Assembly (NCBI GenBank): GCA_041675145.1
Contig: JBAYUK010000002.1
Location: forward strand, 152,530 to 216,529
Origin: Patescibacteria group bacterium
GTDB taxonomy: Bacteria > Patescibacteriota > JACPGU01
DNA: 64,000 nt
Direction of reading: 5' to 3'
Shown here one piece after another: positions 46,928 to 57,675 of the stretch. The position numbers were made by a program, and so were the translations under genes. The stretch's first letter is position 1; the number at the start of each line of letters is the position of its first letter. Under the pieces are notes generated by a model. That model made no database searches. It was not told the DNA's origin and was given only the letters and a program-made list of their open reading frames with translations.

Positions 46928-48705
46928 AAAAAATAATAATAGCATTTATCGTTTCGTTGTGTGTCCTAATCCACTTCTCGTTGGGTTTATATGCGATGCA
47001 AGGAGACAGTGCTATTGTAGATGAGCTTGCACATATACCTGCTGGGTATAGCTACGTCACTTTACATGATTACCGGTTAAACCCAGAGCACCCTCCGTTA
47101 CTAAAGATACTAAGTGGTTTATCTTTGAGTACTCAAGATTTACATTTTGATACAAACGAGAAATCCTGGAGCCAAGATATAAACGGTCAGTGGGAATCAG
47201 GGTGGAGTTTTCTGTACCACCAAGGTAATGACCCGGATGTGATTCTCTTTTATGCACGACTACCTTTCTTAGTAATTAGCTCCTTATTTGTTCTCCTATT
47301 CTTTTTTATTACAAGGTATCTAGTGGGGGTAAGGGCGGCGGTTCTCGGAACTGTACTTTTAGCTTTTTCTCCAACGCTACTTGGGCATAATCATTTTGTT
47401 ACTACTGATGTTGGGGTAGCGATACTAACATTCCTTTCGTTATTCTCAGTTTGTTATTCATTAGAAAAAAAGACTCGGGTGAGCTTTGCGGTTTCTGCTC
47501 TTATTACAGGTCTGGCACTTTCTGCTAAGTTCTCTGCCTTCCTTATACTGCCGGTAATCTTTTTGGCGTACACAGTATTTACAGTTCGCGATGTTGTTGC
47601 TCAGAAAGAGAAAGTACATATTAAGAAGGTGCTCTATGTGCTGCTGAAGAGGGCAGGTGAGCTCATTGTTTTTATGGCTTTGGCATACACGGTAGTGTGG
47701 TTGGTGTATGTCTTTGCGATGTATAACATGCCCGCAGATAAGATACAGGAGCTTGTTACTGTTGCGATTCCAAGTAAGGGATTGTTGCAAGAACTACTTC
47801 TCAGATTTAGTAGCAACCCGGTGCTTAAGTATTTTGTGCAGTATGTTGTTGGTTTTATTATGGTTCTTCATCGTGTTGATGGCGGTAACACTACTTTCTT
47901 GCTCGGAAATGTTACGAACCAGTCGTTTAAGTGGTACTTTCCATTCGCATTTATTGTGAAGGAGACGGTAGGATTCCTAGTCCTTTTTGCTCTTACAATT
48001 CTAGTTTTTACAAGAAGTGTATCGTGGAATAAACTTGTTTCTCGTTTCAGTAGCGGTAGAAAAGCGGCAGACTGGATTATATATACGATAAAAAGTCTGG
48101 ATGTATCTCAGTTATTTACTATTTCTTCTATAGTCTTTGTTTTTATTTATCTGTATTTTTCAATAACTGGTAACTTAAATATAGGGATTAGGCATCTCAT
48201 GCCAGTACTGCCTTTCCTTTACTTTATTACTGCAAAGCAAATTTCTATTTGGTTAGGCAGTAGGTTTAGTTGGAGAACTATTTTTGTAGGGTTATGTATT
48301 ATAGGTACTGTATCTTCAGTTATTATCTCTGCACCGTATTATCTAGCATACTTCAATGAGCTATCTGGAGGACGCAACTCCGGGTATAAGTTGTTAACGG
48401 ACTCTAACTTAGATTGGGGTCAAGATTTGGTGAGACTAAAAAAGTTTATGAATGATAATAATATACCCAAGATAAAACTGGATTATTTTGGTGGTGGGTT
48501 GCCTGAGCATTACTTAGGAACTAGCTACGAAAAATGGTCTAGTCAAAAAGGGGAAACAAGTGGCTGGGTTGGTGTTTCTGCGACTTATCTACAAAATAGT
48601 CGTTGGTATCACATACATAACAACGAGCCTGATTATGACTGGCTAAGAAGTAAAAAACCGTTTACTATCATTGGCGGATCTATTTTAATTTACTACATAC
48701 CCTAG
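46924..48705 (+). CDS. GT-C glycosyltransferase (PMT/ArnT-like, GT39/83)
   Basis: Polytopic; first-loop DE motif DELAHIP. Confidence 0.65.
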   Translation: MKKIIIAFIVSLCVLIHFSLGLYAMQGDSAIVDELAHIPAGYSYVTLHDYRLNPEHPPLLKILSGLSLSTQDLHFDTNEKSWSQDINGQWESGWSFLYHQGNDPDVILFYARLPFLVISSLFVLLFFFITRYLVGVRAAVLGTVLLAFSPTLLGHNHFVTTDVGVAILTFLSLFSVCYSLEKKTRVSFAVSALITGLALSAKFSAFLILPVIFLAYTVFTVRDVVAQKEKVHIKKVLYVLLKRAGELIVFMALAYTVVWLVYVFAMYNMPADKIQELVTVAIPSKGLLQELLLRFSSNPVLKYFVQYVVGFIMVLHRVDGGNTTFLLGNVTNQSFKWYFPFAFIVKETVGFLVLFALTILVFTRSVSWNKLVSRFSSGRKAADWIIYTIKSLDVSQLFTISSIVFVFIYLYFSITGNLNIGIRHLMPVLPFLYFITAKQISIWLGSRFSWRTIFVGLCIIGTVSSVIISAPYYLAYFNELSGGRNSGYKLLTDSNLDWGQDLVRLKKFMNDNNIPKIKLDYFGGGLPEHYLGTSYEKWSSQKGETSGWVGVSATYLQNSRWYHIHNNEPDYDWLRSKKPFTIIGGSILIYYIP

Positions 48706-48710
48706 CTACC

Positions 48711-49523
48711 ATGGAAAAAAAACCAACAGACATATTTATCAAAGAAAAAGTAGTTACTGGAGCACGACACCGAGAGGGTGGTGGTGTTTATTTGTCTGTA
48801 GTTATTCCGGCATATAATGAATCACAAAGAATAATACCTACACTTGAAGCAGTTGATCAGTATCTTAAAAAGCAAGACTACTCGTATGAGATTATTGTGG
48901 TGGCAAATAACTGCACAGATAATACAGTTGAGGTCTTGCTTGATCAGCAGAATAAGATTCAGCACTTAGAAATATATGATCTTGAGATTTTAAAGCCTGG
49001 AGGAGGTAAAGGGTACGCCGTAAAAAAAGGTGTCGAGAAGTCGCGCGGTGAGTATATCGTTTTTATGGATGCTGATAACGCCACTAAGATAGATGAGATA
49101 GGTAATTTTTGGAAATTCTTTAAAGAAGGGTATTCTGTTGTAATTGGAAGTCGCCATATTAAAGGATCTAAAATAGTAGTCCAACAACCCCTCCATAGAA
49201 GAATCTTGGGTAGGGTAGCTAACTTAGTTATTCGCTTACTCCTCCTTCCAGGAATCCACGATACGCAATGTGGCTTTAAAGCGTTTACGAGAGATGCTGG
49301 CAAAAAGATTTTTGCTTTAAGTGAAATTGGGGGGTGGGGGTTTGACATGGAGCTTCTTGCTCTTGCTCGGCACTTTAGATATACAGTAGCCGAAGTACCA
49401 GTAAGTTGGTACGAGGCAGGTGACTCTCGTCTTCGGGCAGTAAAGGCTGCTAGTAGTACGCTTAGTGAACTCTTCCATATTCGAAACAATATAAAAACAG
49501 GCTACTATGACAAAAAGAAATAA
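48711..49523 (+). CDS. GT2 polyprenol-phosphate glycosyltransferase (dolichol-P-mannose synthase-like)
   Basis: LSVVIPAYNES, FMDADN (DxD), QCGFKAF. Confidence 0.85.
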   Translation: MEKKPTDIFIKEKVVTGARHREGGGVYLSVVIPAYNESQRIIPTLEAVDQYLKKQDYSYEIIVVANNCTDNTVEVLLDQQNKIQHLEIYDLEILKPGGGKGYAVKKGVEKSRGEYIVFMDADNATKIDEIGNFWKFFKEGYSVVIGSRHIKGSKIVVQQPLHRRILGRVANLVIRLLLLPGIHDTQCGFKAFTRDAGKKIFALSEIGGWGFDMELLALARHFRYTVAEVPVSWYEAGDSRLRAVKAASSTLSELFHIRNNIKTGYYDKKK

Positions 49524-50139
49524 GACGCACATACCTTTTTGGGATAACGTAGACCGATACCTAAAAACAGAGACCACAGACAGTATTACCCTTGCTCTTC
49601 TTGAAGCAGATAAGACATGTACAGTAATTGCAAAACAAAAGTACTCTAATTTTAAAACCGAGAAAGAGCAGCTCGATGCATTTACAAAGGATCTTAAGAG
49701 ACCAGAGACTTTTTTACAACTTAAAGAGTATGTAGATAAGATTCGTTACGAACCTGGGTTTATATTACCCGACCCATACCAAGGGATGGAATATATACAA
49801 CGATACAGAGAGTTGTTACAGGAATCTTTATATGGTGAAATTTCCGAGGAAGAGTATTCAGTAAGTAAACTCCTTCTGCGTCGTATCCATTCTTTTTATT
49901 TACTGAGAAAACAAAACATAAAAAAAGCCGTGCTATGGCTTCTGGTAATTGTGGCAGTTATGTTGTTTATATCTGACACTCAGGTAGGGGCTAATGTATT
50001 TACGTTTATAATAGAGCAGCTCCATTTTATATTAAAGATGATAGTTATAGGTGTAGCGGTAATTGCACTGGTTGGATTTATTTTGATATTTTTTATAACG
50101 GGTCTTGAAAAGAGAACACTCTCAAGAAAGAGGCGTTAA
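49507..50139 (+). CDS. hypothetical membrane protein
   Basis: ORF with C-terminal TM helices. Confidence 0.4.
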   Translation: MTKRNKTHIPFWDNVDRYLKTETTDSITLALLEADKTCTVIAKQKYSNFKTEKEQLDAFTKDLKRPETFLQLKEYVDKIRYEPGFILPDPYQGMEYIQRYRELLQESLYGEISEEEYSVSKLLLRRIHSFYLLRKQNIKKAVLWLLVIVAVMLFISDTQVGANVFTFIIEQLHFILKMIVIGVAVIALVGFILIFFITGLEKRTLSRKRR

Positions 50140-50559
50140 TTAGGCCGTAAGTTGCTTCATCCATTGTGACTTTCTAATTCCTACCGACTGGATAGTCATA
50201 GATTTAATATACGAGTTCAGCCGATTTCGTTTGTATGTATCGAGTTTTTCGTAGAGGAGGGAACTGATCTCAATAATGGTACTTTCATCGAGATCTGGCT
50301 TTAGGACATGGAGCATTTCATGTACGAGAGTCTCATCCATAGGGAACATGTATGGGTTTAGGACGATAGCATTATTCTCGTAGTCGATGTACCCACCTTC
50401 GTTGCGAGTCCTTGAAGAGACTACAATATCAAACTCTCCTTTATTGAGCTCTCTAAAGATGCGTTCGAACAGGATAGAAGACATGCTACGCGTATACTCG
50501 CGTGTCCTGTTTTTTATAAATTTCGAGCCCCTCTTCCTAGTGATAGTTGTACTATTCAT
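50140..50559 (-). CDS. SprT-like zinc metalloprotease-domain protein
   Basis: HEMLH (HExxH) preceded by an IVLNPYMF-type segment as in the SprT N-terminal domain. Confidence 0.45.
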   Translation of the reverse strand: MNSTTITRKRGSKFIKNRTREYTRSMSSILFERIFRELNKGEFDIVVSSRTRNEGGYIDYENNAIVLNPYMFPMDETLVHEMLHVLKPDLDESTIIEISSLLYEKLDTYKRNRLNSYIKSMTIQSVGIRKSQWMKQLTA

Positions 50560-50630
50560 AGGAAGTTTTTATTACACAGCCATTATAGCATAGAAATGCT
50601 ATTTTGTCAAATAATAGACCAGGGATTTGC

Positions 50631-52682
50631 CTATGGCAGCTGTACTGAAATATCTTGGCTTAGTTGAGCTGTATTTGAGTAGAGAGTGCTCGTTTCAGAG
50701 TTAGACTTCATGGTTACCTGAAGGGTATAGGTGGTGTTGTTTAGTCCTGCTTGTTTCTGGATATACAACTGGTAGGGCTGTAGTGTAACTGGAGTATCAT
50801 AGGTGATCGAAAAAGAGTTAGTCTCTCCTGGTTTTACTGTCGTCCAGCCTCCGAAGACGGTTTTTTCATGCTCAGTTGTGGTATCTAGTGGCTGTTTCTT
50901 TACTTCTTCCTGCCCTGGGCTGTAGGTAAGCATCCCATCTTCCCCACGTTGTATCTTAGAAGGGTCTATAAGGCCTCCAGAATCAATAATGGTAGTGTCT
51001 TTAGGGGTATACCACCTAAAGTAGGAATAGTTGGTTCCGCTCGGCCAACTAAAGCTTCCATGGTGCTTTCTCGTAACCGTTACGGTGTGGCGGGCCGTAC
51101 CCTCGTTCTTTGTAAGTTGAATAGTATGAACTACAGAGGTTTCGATCTCGTTGTTTGTTTTCATGCCTCCTATGTTTGCATCAACCATCATAAGGTAGTC
51201 ACCAGGGGGGTTCTTAATAGATCCCGTAACGCCAAACGTATCTAGTGCGCTCTCCAGCCTTTCTTCTGGGTGGTAGAATTGAATGTCTCTACTTATGATG
51301 CTCTTTGAGAATACGTTATATATCTCAGTTTGCTTGTCTTGGCCTAGGTGGCTGATAGCAGATAAGAGGAATGGTGCAAAGTCACCAATAAATTTTTTAG
51401 GGTTATTCTCGTTGGGATCATACTCTATGCTAGTTTTGTATTGAGTAAGGGAAATAAAGTTCTCATCTGTCACAACAGCATTATCTTGGGGTACAGATAT
51501 TGGACCGGTAATCTTCAAGAGGTTAACGAATAAATTAGTATCAACTGCAATTACTCCATCAGGGGTAAAGCCACCCTCCGCTTCATAGAAGTGAATGAGT
51601 TGTTTTGCGGTAGCTGGGAAATCTGGATCCCAGTTTGCATCTCTCATTGCGAGATACGGAGTAATCTTTTGTAGTGGGGTAGGGGGAGTAATCTTTTGGG
51701 TGAGCTGTCCATCTGGATTGTAGATGCTGTCGACAAATATTTTACTTATTACTCCTTTATGAACTGTAACTATCCCGTATGAGCCAATAAAGCCACCGGT
51801 TGGTCTAAGCTCTGTATTGTTCTGAAAAACCATCAGATACTTCTTGTCGTATGAGCTGGCAAGTAGTTCGGAGGAAGAGCCTGTAAGTGCGTCTAGTGCC
51901 TCTTTGTTTTCTTTATAGTAGTTAAAGGCCTTACTAACTTTAATGAGAGTATTCTTTTGGCTATCTGAAAGTGAGCTGTTGTGTGCTAGCGCATCCAAAT
52001 CTCGGGTAGTTTGTGTGATTATAGGTTGGTTGCTTTGTATCTTAAAGGATAGAGAGTTGAGGTGCTCAATAAGTTGCGTGTTATCTTTGGATTTATCAAA
52101 TACTGTGCCTATTTCAAAGGTTTTGAAGTACTTAACTTCATCTAAAAATTCTAGCCCTAATGATGTGAGGTTATAGGCGACTCTTACAAATGCCTCTTTT
52201 TCGTTAATAGGATCACTAAAGGAGAGATGATTATCAAGGAAGTAGTTATTCTGGCCTACCGCTTCTATCTGACCCTTAATATATGAAAGCTTACCTTGAG
52301 CTTGTGTAAGCTTATTTCGTGCTTCTTCAAAGTTATTTTCTTCTATGTCCTTTTGTGCGCTTGTGAGTAGTGGCTGGATACTGCTTCCTTCATCTACTAT
52401 ATTTGAAGCAAATGTTTTTAGTTTGATAGGTAGAACTATAATTGTGGCTATTAGTAAAGTAAAGAAAGAGTATCTAAGAATGAGAAGGCCGTAGTTACTT
52501 TTTTTAGTATTTAGTTTTACTTCGGGTATATTTTTTTCTAAGTCTACCCATGGGTGCGATTCCTCCAGAACATCTCTTTTGTCTATATAGTCTTTCTTGG
52601 ATATAAAAATACCATCAATTTTTTTTGATAGATTACTTGAGCCCATGTTGTTTTCTTCTTCAGATCTATCACTAGTATGCAT
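50631..52682 (-). CDS. large exported hypothetical protein (N-terminal TM anchor; possibly DUF4012-like)
   Basis: 683 aa ORF, N-terminal TM, no catalytic motif recognised. Confidence 0.5.
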   Translation of the reverse strand: MHTSDRSEEENNMGSSNLSKKIDGIFISKKDYIDKRDVLEESHPWVDLEKNIPEVKLNTKKSNYGLLILRYSFFTLLIATIIVLPIKLKTFASNIVDEGSSIQPLLTSAQKDIEENNFEEARNKLTQAQGKLSYIKGQIEAVGQNNYFLDNHLSFSDPINEKEAFVRVAYNLTSLGLEFLDEVKYFKTFEIGTVFDKSKDNTQLIEHLNSLSFKIQSNQPIITQTTRDLDALAHNSSLSDSQKNTLIKVSKAFNYYKENKEALDALTGSSSELLASSYDKKYLMVFQNNTELRPTGGFIGSYGIVTVHKGVISKIFVDSIYNPDGQLTQKITPPTPLQKITPYLAMRDANWDPDFPATAKQLIHFYEAEGGFTPDGVIAVDTNLFVNLLKITGPISVPQDNAVVTDENFISLTQYKTSIEYDPNENNPKKFIGDFAPFLLSAISHLGQDKQTEIYNVFSKSIISRDIQFYHPEERLESALDTFGVTGSIKNPPGDYLMMVDANIGGMKTNNEIETSVVHTIQLTKNEGTARHTVTVTRKHHGSFSWPSGTNYSYFRWYTPKDTTIIDSGGLIDPSKIQRGEDGMLTYSPGQEEVKKQPLDTTTEHEKTVFGGWTTVKPGETNSFSITYDTPVTLQPYQLYIQKQAGLNNTTYTLQVTMKSNSETSTLYSNTAQLSQDISVQLP

Positions 52683-52686
52683 AGAT

Positions 52687-53814
52687 CTATAATACTATAC
52701 TTTCTAGAGTTTTTTGAGCCACTTCTTTCCACTGAATAAAATCTTGTTTTGTTGTGTCTGGAGTAAGACTCTTGATATTATCTGTGTCTATTAGTAGATC
52801 TAGGGCTTTGGTGTAGTAGGAGGTTACATGTGGATTAATAAATAACGCCCCTTGATTGATTATTTCTGGTATCGATGATACTGATGAGGTAACTACTGAC
52901 TTACCAAAAGAACTCGCCTCTATTACTGGTACACCAAATCCTTCATACAGAGCAGGGAATAGGAACAGGTAGCAGTTTCTAAAAAGTGCCTCCTTCTCTC
53001 TGTTAGTGATATAGTCGGTAAAAACAATATCTGGGTGTTTCTCTTTTAATACTGAAAGTGCTTTCTTGTATAACCATCCTTTTTTTCCTGCAATAACAAG
53101 TTTTTTATTTATTAGTTTAGATTTGAGATATGAGTCTATTACCATAGATACGTTCTTTCTTGGTTCAATTGTTCCTAAGAAAAGAATATATTCATTTGTC
53201 TCAAGGGACCATTTGCGCAGTGTATCCAAGTCATTGTTGTGTGTATCTTTCGACTTGGTATCAAAATCGTAGGCATTTGGTATAACAACAATTTTGTTTT
53301 CGTCTATGTTATAGATATCTATGAGATCATTTTTTGTAGCCCGTGAGACGGCTATTATTTTATCGGCTTTTTTTGCCATTACTTTTGGATTCATCTGGAG
53401 ATGCCACAGATTTTTCCTAAAAGAGAAGTACCGCTTATCTTTTTCAAAAGATAAGTCGTGAATAGTTAGTACTTTCTTAACTTTTTTAGAGAGAGGAATA
53501 AAGTAAAAGTGGGGAGAGAAAAAGTAATCCACTTTAAGAATCGTATCTATCTTCGGATAAGGAAAGAACCTCCATGTCCATTCTAGGATTTTGTTCGGTA
53601 TTCTAAATATTTTATATTCAGATATTTCTAAAATGTCCTTAGGTATAATATTTGAAACATTTCTAAATGAGTTGAAGAAAAGTACAAAAGTATAATCAGG
53701 ATTATTTAAGATAATATTTTTTATTACATAATAAGCATACTCTGGTATTCCAGAAGAGTATGCTTCTTGCAGCATTCGGGCATCAATACCAATTCTCTTT
53801 TTTGTTGTATTCAT
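52687..53814 (-). CDS. GT4 (GT1 superfamily) glycosyltransferase
   Basis: EGFGVPVIEASSFGKSVVTS motif. Confidence 0.8.
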   Translation of the reverse strand: MNTTKKRIGIDARMLQEAYSSGIPEYAYYVIKNIILNNPDYTFVLFFNSFRNVSNIIPKDILEISEYKIFRIPNKILEWTWRFFPYPKIDTILKVDYFFSPHFYFIPLSKKVKKVLTIHDLSFEKDKRYFSFRKNLWHLQMNPKVMAKKADKIIAVSRATKNDLIDIYNIDENKIVVIPNAYDFDTKSKDTHNNDLDTLRKWSLETNEYILFLGTIEPRKNVSMVIDSYLKSKLINKKLVIAGKKGWLYKKALSVLKEKHPDIVFTDYITNREKEALFRNCYLFLFPALYEGFGVPVIEASSFGKSVVTSSVSSIPEIINQGALFINPHVTSYYTKALDLLIDTDNIKSLTPDTTKQDFIQWKEVAQKTLESIVL

Positions 53815-53819
53815 TTGTA

Positions 53820-55097
53820 TTACGAAACAATCAAGTTTGTTGTTGTCTCATGTCGTGAGAGGAGTGAGGCAATATATTTGAGATTATTGACTGGAGTATT
53901 CCCAAGGGAAATAGATATAAGAGTGTTCTTTGTTAGTAGCAGAAGAGGTAGACATTCAGATGAGATAGCAAGTGAAGGTACATGGAAAATTATACACTCA
54001 AACTTTTCTCCAAATTCAGTCATGAGCTCTTTTAGCTTCGCTCTCTCTATAGTATCTGCTGCATACGTGAGCTTATTTCCAGTTGAAAGTAACCATAAGT
54101 TTTGTTCGTCAGTTTTTTTAATGTGCTGAGTAAAGTTGTTTTCCTGAGTTAGGGTTTCTGCAAAGCCAGTATCGTTTTTAACATGCCAGAAATCGTGGAT
54201 TTGTGGTTGGTCAAAATACGCATCAACGACGAGAGTTTTCTTACCAGACCTTGCGTATGAGAGGGCTAGGTTTGCGGCAATCGTGCTGCTTACAATTGGT
54301 CTCTTCCCGGCATCAGACACAACTATACTGAAGTTGCCATTATTGCCTTTAAATAAGTTTAAGTTTGATCTAATGTAGCGGAATTTTTCGGCAACTCGTG
54401 TCTCAGGATGAAAAAGACCCTGAAGCTTTATCTTACGAAGAGAAAGGGGTAGTGTGTTGAAGATAGAGAGCACTGCAAAAGTAGTATTTATAGTTGGACT
54501 AAACGATTCTCTAATAAATGTAGCAATGAGGGCAAGTATAAGAGAGATAATAAAAGCGACAAAAATAGTTAGTAGTGTGTTTTGCTGAACGGGAGTGGTT
54601 ATGAGTTGAGAAGAGACAATCTCAAAGTCTGTTGAAGCTTGGTCTAGCTTTCCAAGTTGGGCTATTCTTTCCTCGACTGTCTTAATAATATTACTCGCAA
54701 CTTCTTCTGCCTGTTTTTTATTGCTATTAGAAACAATCAAAGAGATGTTCTGAGGAGGAATCTTTTGAGTGTAAATACTTTTACTGAGGGCATTTAGTTT
54801 TCCTGACTCAACAGATATTCCTGATTTTGCATATACATCTGAGACGAAACTAGTACTTCTAATCCAGCCAATAATGGTGTTAATAAAGAGTTCACTTGCT
54901 TGAATTGCGTAAAAACTACTGTACTGATACTGTGTACTGTTTTCTCTTTTTGCTTGAACGGTAATAATTGCAGAAGTCTGAAAAGATTCCTTTTGATTGA
55001 GCGAGTAGTACGACGCAGCTCCCGTTATAACAACAACTATAAGAATAATTAATAGTAGTCTTCTTTTCACAATGGCGAAAAATTCTGTAATTTCCAT
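53820..55097 (-). CDS. polysaccharide co-polymerase (Wzz-like) fused to degenerate BY-kinase-like domain
   Basis: Two TM helices flanking a periplasmic coiled region; C-terminal P-loop-like VVSDAGKRPIVSSTIAANLA lacking the canonical Walker lysine. Confidence 0.5.
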   Translation of the reverse strand: MEITEFFAIVKRRLLLIILIVVVITGAASYYSLNQKESFQTSAIITVQAKRENSTQYQYSSFYAIQASELFINTIIGWIRSTSFVSDVYAKSGISVESGKLNALSKSIYTQKIPPQNISLIVSNSNKKQAEEVASNIIKTVEERIAQLGKLDQASTDFEIVSSQLITTPVQQNTLLTIFVAFIISLILALIATFIRESFSPTINTTFAVLSIFNTLPLSLRKIKLQGLFHPETRVAEKFRYIRSNLNLFKGNNGNFSIVVSDAGKRPIVSSTIAANLALSYARSGKKTLVVDAYFDQPQIHDFWHVKNDTGFAETLTQENNFTQHIKKTDEQNLWLLSTGNKLTYAADTIERAKLKELMTEFGEKFECIIFHVPSLAISSECLPLLLLTKNTLISISLGNTPVNNLKYIASLLSRHETTTNLIVS

Positions 55098-55106
55098 GGT
55101 ATGTAC

Positions 55107-56240
55107 CTATGATATAAAGGATGTATATTGTTTTTCTACAAACGACTGAAAAGATTCTTTAAATGAACTAAGATTAAATTTTTCTGCATTCTTTCTGCAT
55201 TCTTCTGGGCTAAACTGTATTTTTTCAAATCGTTCGATTGCATCAATAAGTGACTCTGGAGTTTGCGTATCAAAGAACACTCCAGTTTTATTCTCTACAA
55301 CCGTTTCCATTGCGCCACCTGCCCTATAGGCGATCACTGGTCTTCCTGCAGCTTGAGCCTCAAGTGGAGTAATGCCAAAGTCTTCTTCTTGAGGGAAGAT
55401 AAATCCCTTACATCGTGAGTAGTAGGTTGCAACTTCTTCATCTGAGAGACGGCCAAGAACCTGTACTGTGGGTCCTGCGGCTTGTTTGATCTTTTTAAGA
55501 TTTGGTCCGTTACCAATAATGATGAGAGGCTTCTTGAGGGTATTAAAAGCATCAATGACTATATCAGTTCTTTTGTAATCTACTTGCCTGCCAACTACCA
55601 AGTAGAAATCTTCAACATGTGCTGAAATCTGAAACTTCTGGGTATCTACCGGGGGATAGATAACGGTGCTTTCACGTCTGTAATATTTCTTTGTTCTCTT
55701 TTGGATGTAGTTAGAAATAGTAACAATGTGGTCTGGTCTTTGAGCTGCTATATAGTCCCATTGGCGTAGTACGTGAAGTTTTGCACGAACTATATTTTTT
55801 AAAACAGAATCAATGATCTTAAATGGAGTGAAGCGAACATACGCAACATATAAGTAATAGTAGTCGAGCATGTATCGGGTAGGGCTGTAAAGGTAGCATA
55901 TATGTAAAGCAGAGGGCTTGGTCATGACTCCTTTTGCAACCACATGGCTCATTGAGATAACGATATCGTACTGGGTTAAATCAAACTGCTCGATAGCACA
56001 CGGCATATAGTGGAGATAGAACTGCCATTTCTTTTTGGCTAAAGGCATTTTTTGTAGATATGAAGTCCTGATGTCAGCATCTTTAAACTCAGGCATCTTT
56101 TTTTCATCGTACATTAAGGTATATATGGGTGCATCTGGCCATATCTCATGAACTGCCATAAGGCACCGTTCTGCGCCGCCCCAGTTGGTCATCCAGTCGC
56201 ACACAATTGCTATGTTCGGTTGTAAGGTATGTTCTTGCAT
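55107..56240 (-). CDS. GT4 glycosyltransferase
   Basis: EDFGITPLEAQAAGRPVIAY motif. Confidence 0.8.
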   Translation of the reverse strand: MQEHTLQPNIAIVCDWMTNWGGAERCLMAVHEIWPDAPIYTLMYDEKKMPEFKDADIRTSYLQKMPLAKKKWQFYLHYMPCAIEQFDLTQYDIVISMSHVVAKGVMTKPSALHICYLYSPTRYMLDYYYLYVAYVRFTPFKIIDSVLKNIVRAKLHVLRQWDYIAAQRPDHIVTISNYIQKRTKKYYRRESTVIYPPVDTQKFQISAHVEDFYLVVGRQVDYKRTDIVIDAFNTLKKPLIIIGNGPNLKKIKQAAGPTVQVLGRLSDEEVATYYSRCKGFIFPQEEDFGITPLEAQAAGRPVIAYRAGGAMETVVENKTGVFFDTQTPESLIDAIERFEKIQFSPEECRKNAEKFNLSSFKESFQSFVEKQYTSFIS

Positions 56241-56255
56241 ATCGTTAGTATATCC

Positions 56256-57665
56256 CTAGTAAGCTCCTTTGCGAGTAGCTAAAACAAATACTGTTTTTAC
56301 AATGATATATAGATCCATAGTAAATGACCAGTTTTCTATATAGTAGACATCAAGTTTTACCCAGTCATCAAATGATATATCAGAACGACCAGATACTTGC
56401 CACAGTCCTGTTATGCCAGGCTTAACAGCACCAAGACGCTTCTTCTGTTCTCGTGTATAACGGGCAACTTCCATTGGCATGGGAGGTCGTGGTCCAACCA
56501 AACTCATATTGCCTATAAAGACATTATAGAACTGAGCTATTTCATCAATGCTGGTCTTGCGAATAAAGCGACCAATTGGAGTTACGCGCGGGTCTTGGTC
56601 TGAGCGCAACTTAAACATAATGCCATGTTTCTTTTGTAGAGCAGCATGTCTAGCGTCTATATCGTCTGCATGATACATACTGCGAAATTTAAATAGTTTG
56701 AAATTACCATCGCGGCCGACTCGTTCTTGAATGATGAGAAGAGGACCTTTAGATGTTGTTTTGATAATAATCGCAACTAGGATTTGTATAGGGAGTGTAA
56801 GAATAATCCCAAAAGTAGCTCCGACAATATCTAGCATTCTCTTTGCGATTCTGCCCCATCCTTGGAGGGGACTGCGGTGTACGGCAAAAACTGGAATTTT
56901 ACCAAAGGTTTCAGCTGTATTATTTTTTGCATAAAGACTAAAAAGACTTGGTACAAATCTGAATTGAAGATTCTTATCTTCACATAAGTGAATGATGTTG
57001 ATGTTGTCTTCATTTGTCATATTAGGATCAGTCTGGATTATTTCATCAGGGGAGTGTTCAACAACTAATGGGCCTAGTTTATCTATTGAGCCGATAACCA
57101 AATCTGTATCAATTCTTTCATTGTGGTTCTCATCGGTAGTAATGATTCCAATGAGCTCATAACCTCTGCGAGTATGGCGCATTAAATCGTGAGCAATAAT
57201 AGCAGTGGTTTCGTTATTCCCAATAAGAAAGACCCGCTTTACGCCCACCCCATACTTATGGAGTAGTCTTTTAAGCCAAAGTAAAATAAATCTTGAGATA
57301 ATAACTGTTGTACAGATGCAAAGCAATGAATAGATAATAATTAAACGAGAAAAGTATGCATCACGAATAAAGAACATAATAGTTACAAAAAGCATCAAGC
57401 TTGTCGTAACGGCAACGAGCACCTTAATGGTTGAAACTCGTGAAATGCGGATGTACTTCGGGGAGTACAGTCCAGCCAGCGCAAAGGTTATGACCCAAAG
57501 GGGAATAAAGTATGAGACGTATTGTATGAATTCAGCTAGAGGAGGAACATAGATAAACTCGAAACTGTTGATTCTTAAAAAGTATGCAACAATAAAACCT
57601 CCCATAATAGCCAGTATGTCTATTGGGATTAGGAGGAGAGTGAATAAGAGTTCAGAGCGTTTCAT
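56256..57665 (-). CDS. polyprenyl-phosphate sugar phosphotransferase (WbaP/bacterial sugar transferase family)
   Basis: TM N-terminal half and C-terminal catalytic domain RMLDIVGA...KGPLLIIQERVGRDGNFKLFKFRSM. Confidence 0.85.
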   Translation of the reverse strand: MKRSELLFTLLLIPIDILAIMGGFIVAYFLRINSFEFIYVPPLAEFIQYVSYFIPLWVITFALAGLYSPKYIRISRVSTIKVLVAVTTSLMLFVTIMFFIRDAYFSRLIIIYSLLCICTTVIISRFILLWLKRLLHKYGVGVKRVFLIGNNETTAIIAHDLMRHTRRGYELIGIITTDENHNERIDTDLVIGSIDKLGPLVVEHSPDEIIQTDPNMTNEDNINIIHLCEDKNLQFRFVPSLFSLYAKNNTAETFGKIPVFAVHRSPLQGWGRIAKRMLDIVGATFGIILTLPIQILVAIIIKTTSKGPLLIIQERVGRDGNFKLFKFRSMYHADDIDARHAALQKKHGIMFKLRSDQDPRVTPIGRFIRKTSIDEIAQFYNVFIGNMSLVGPRPPMPMEVARYTREQKKRLGAVKPGITGLWQVSGRSDISFDDWVKLDVYYIENWSFTMDLYIIVKTVFVLATRKGAY

Positions 57666-57675
57666 AGATTTGGAA

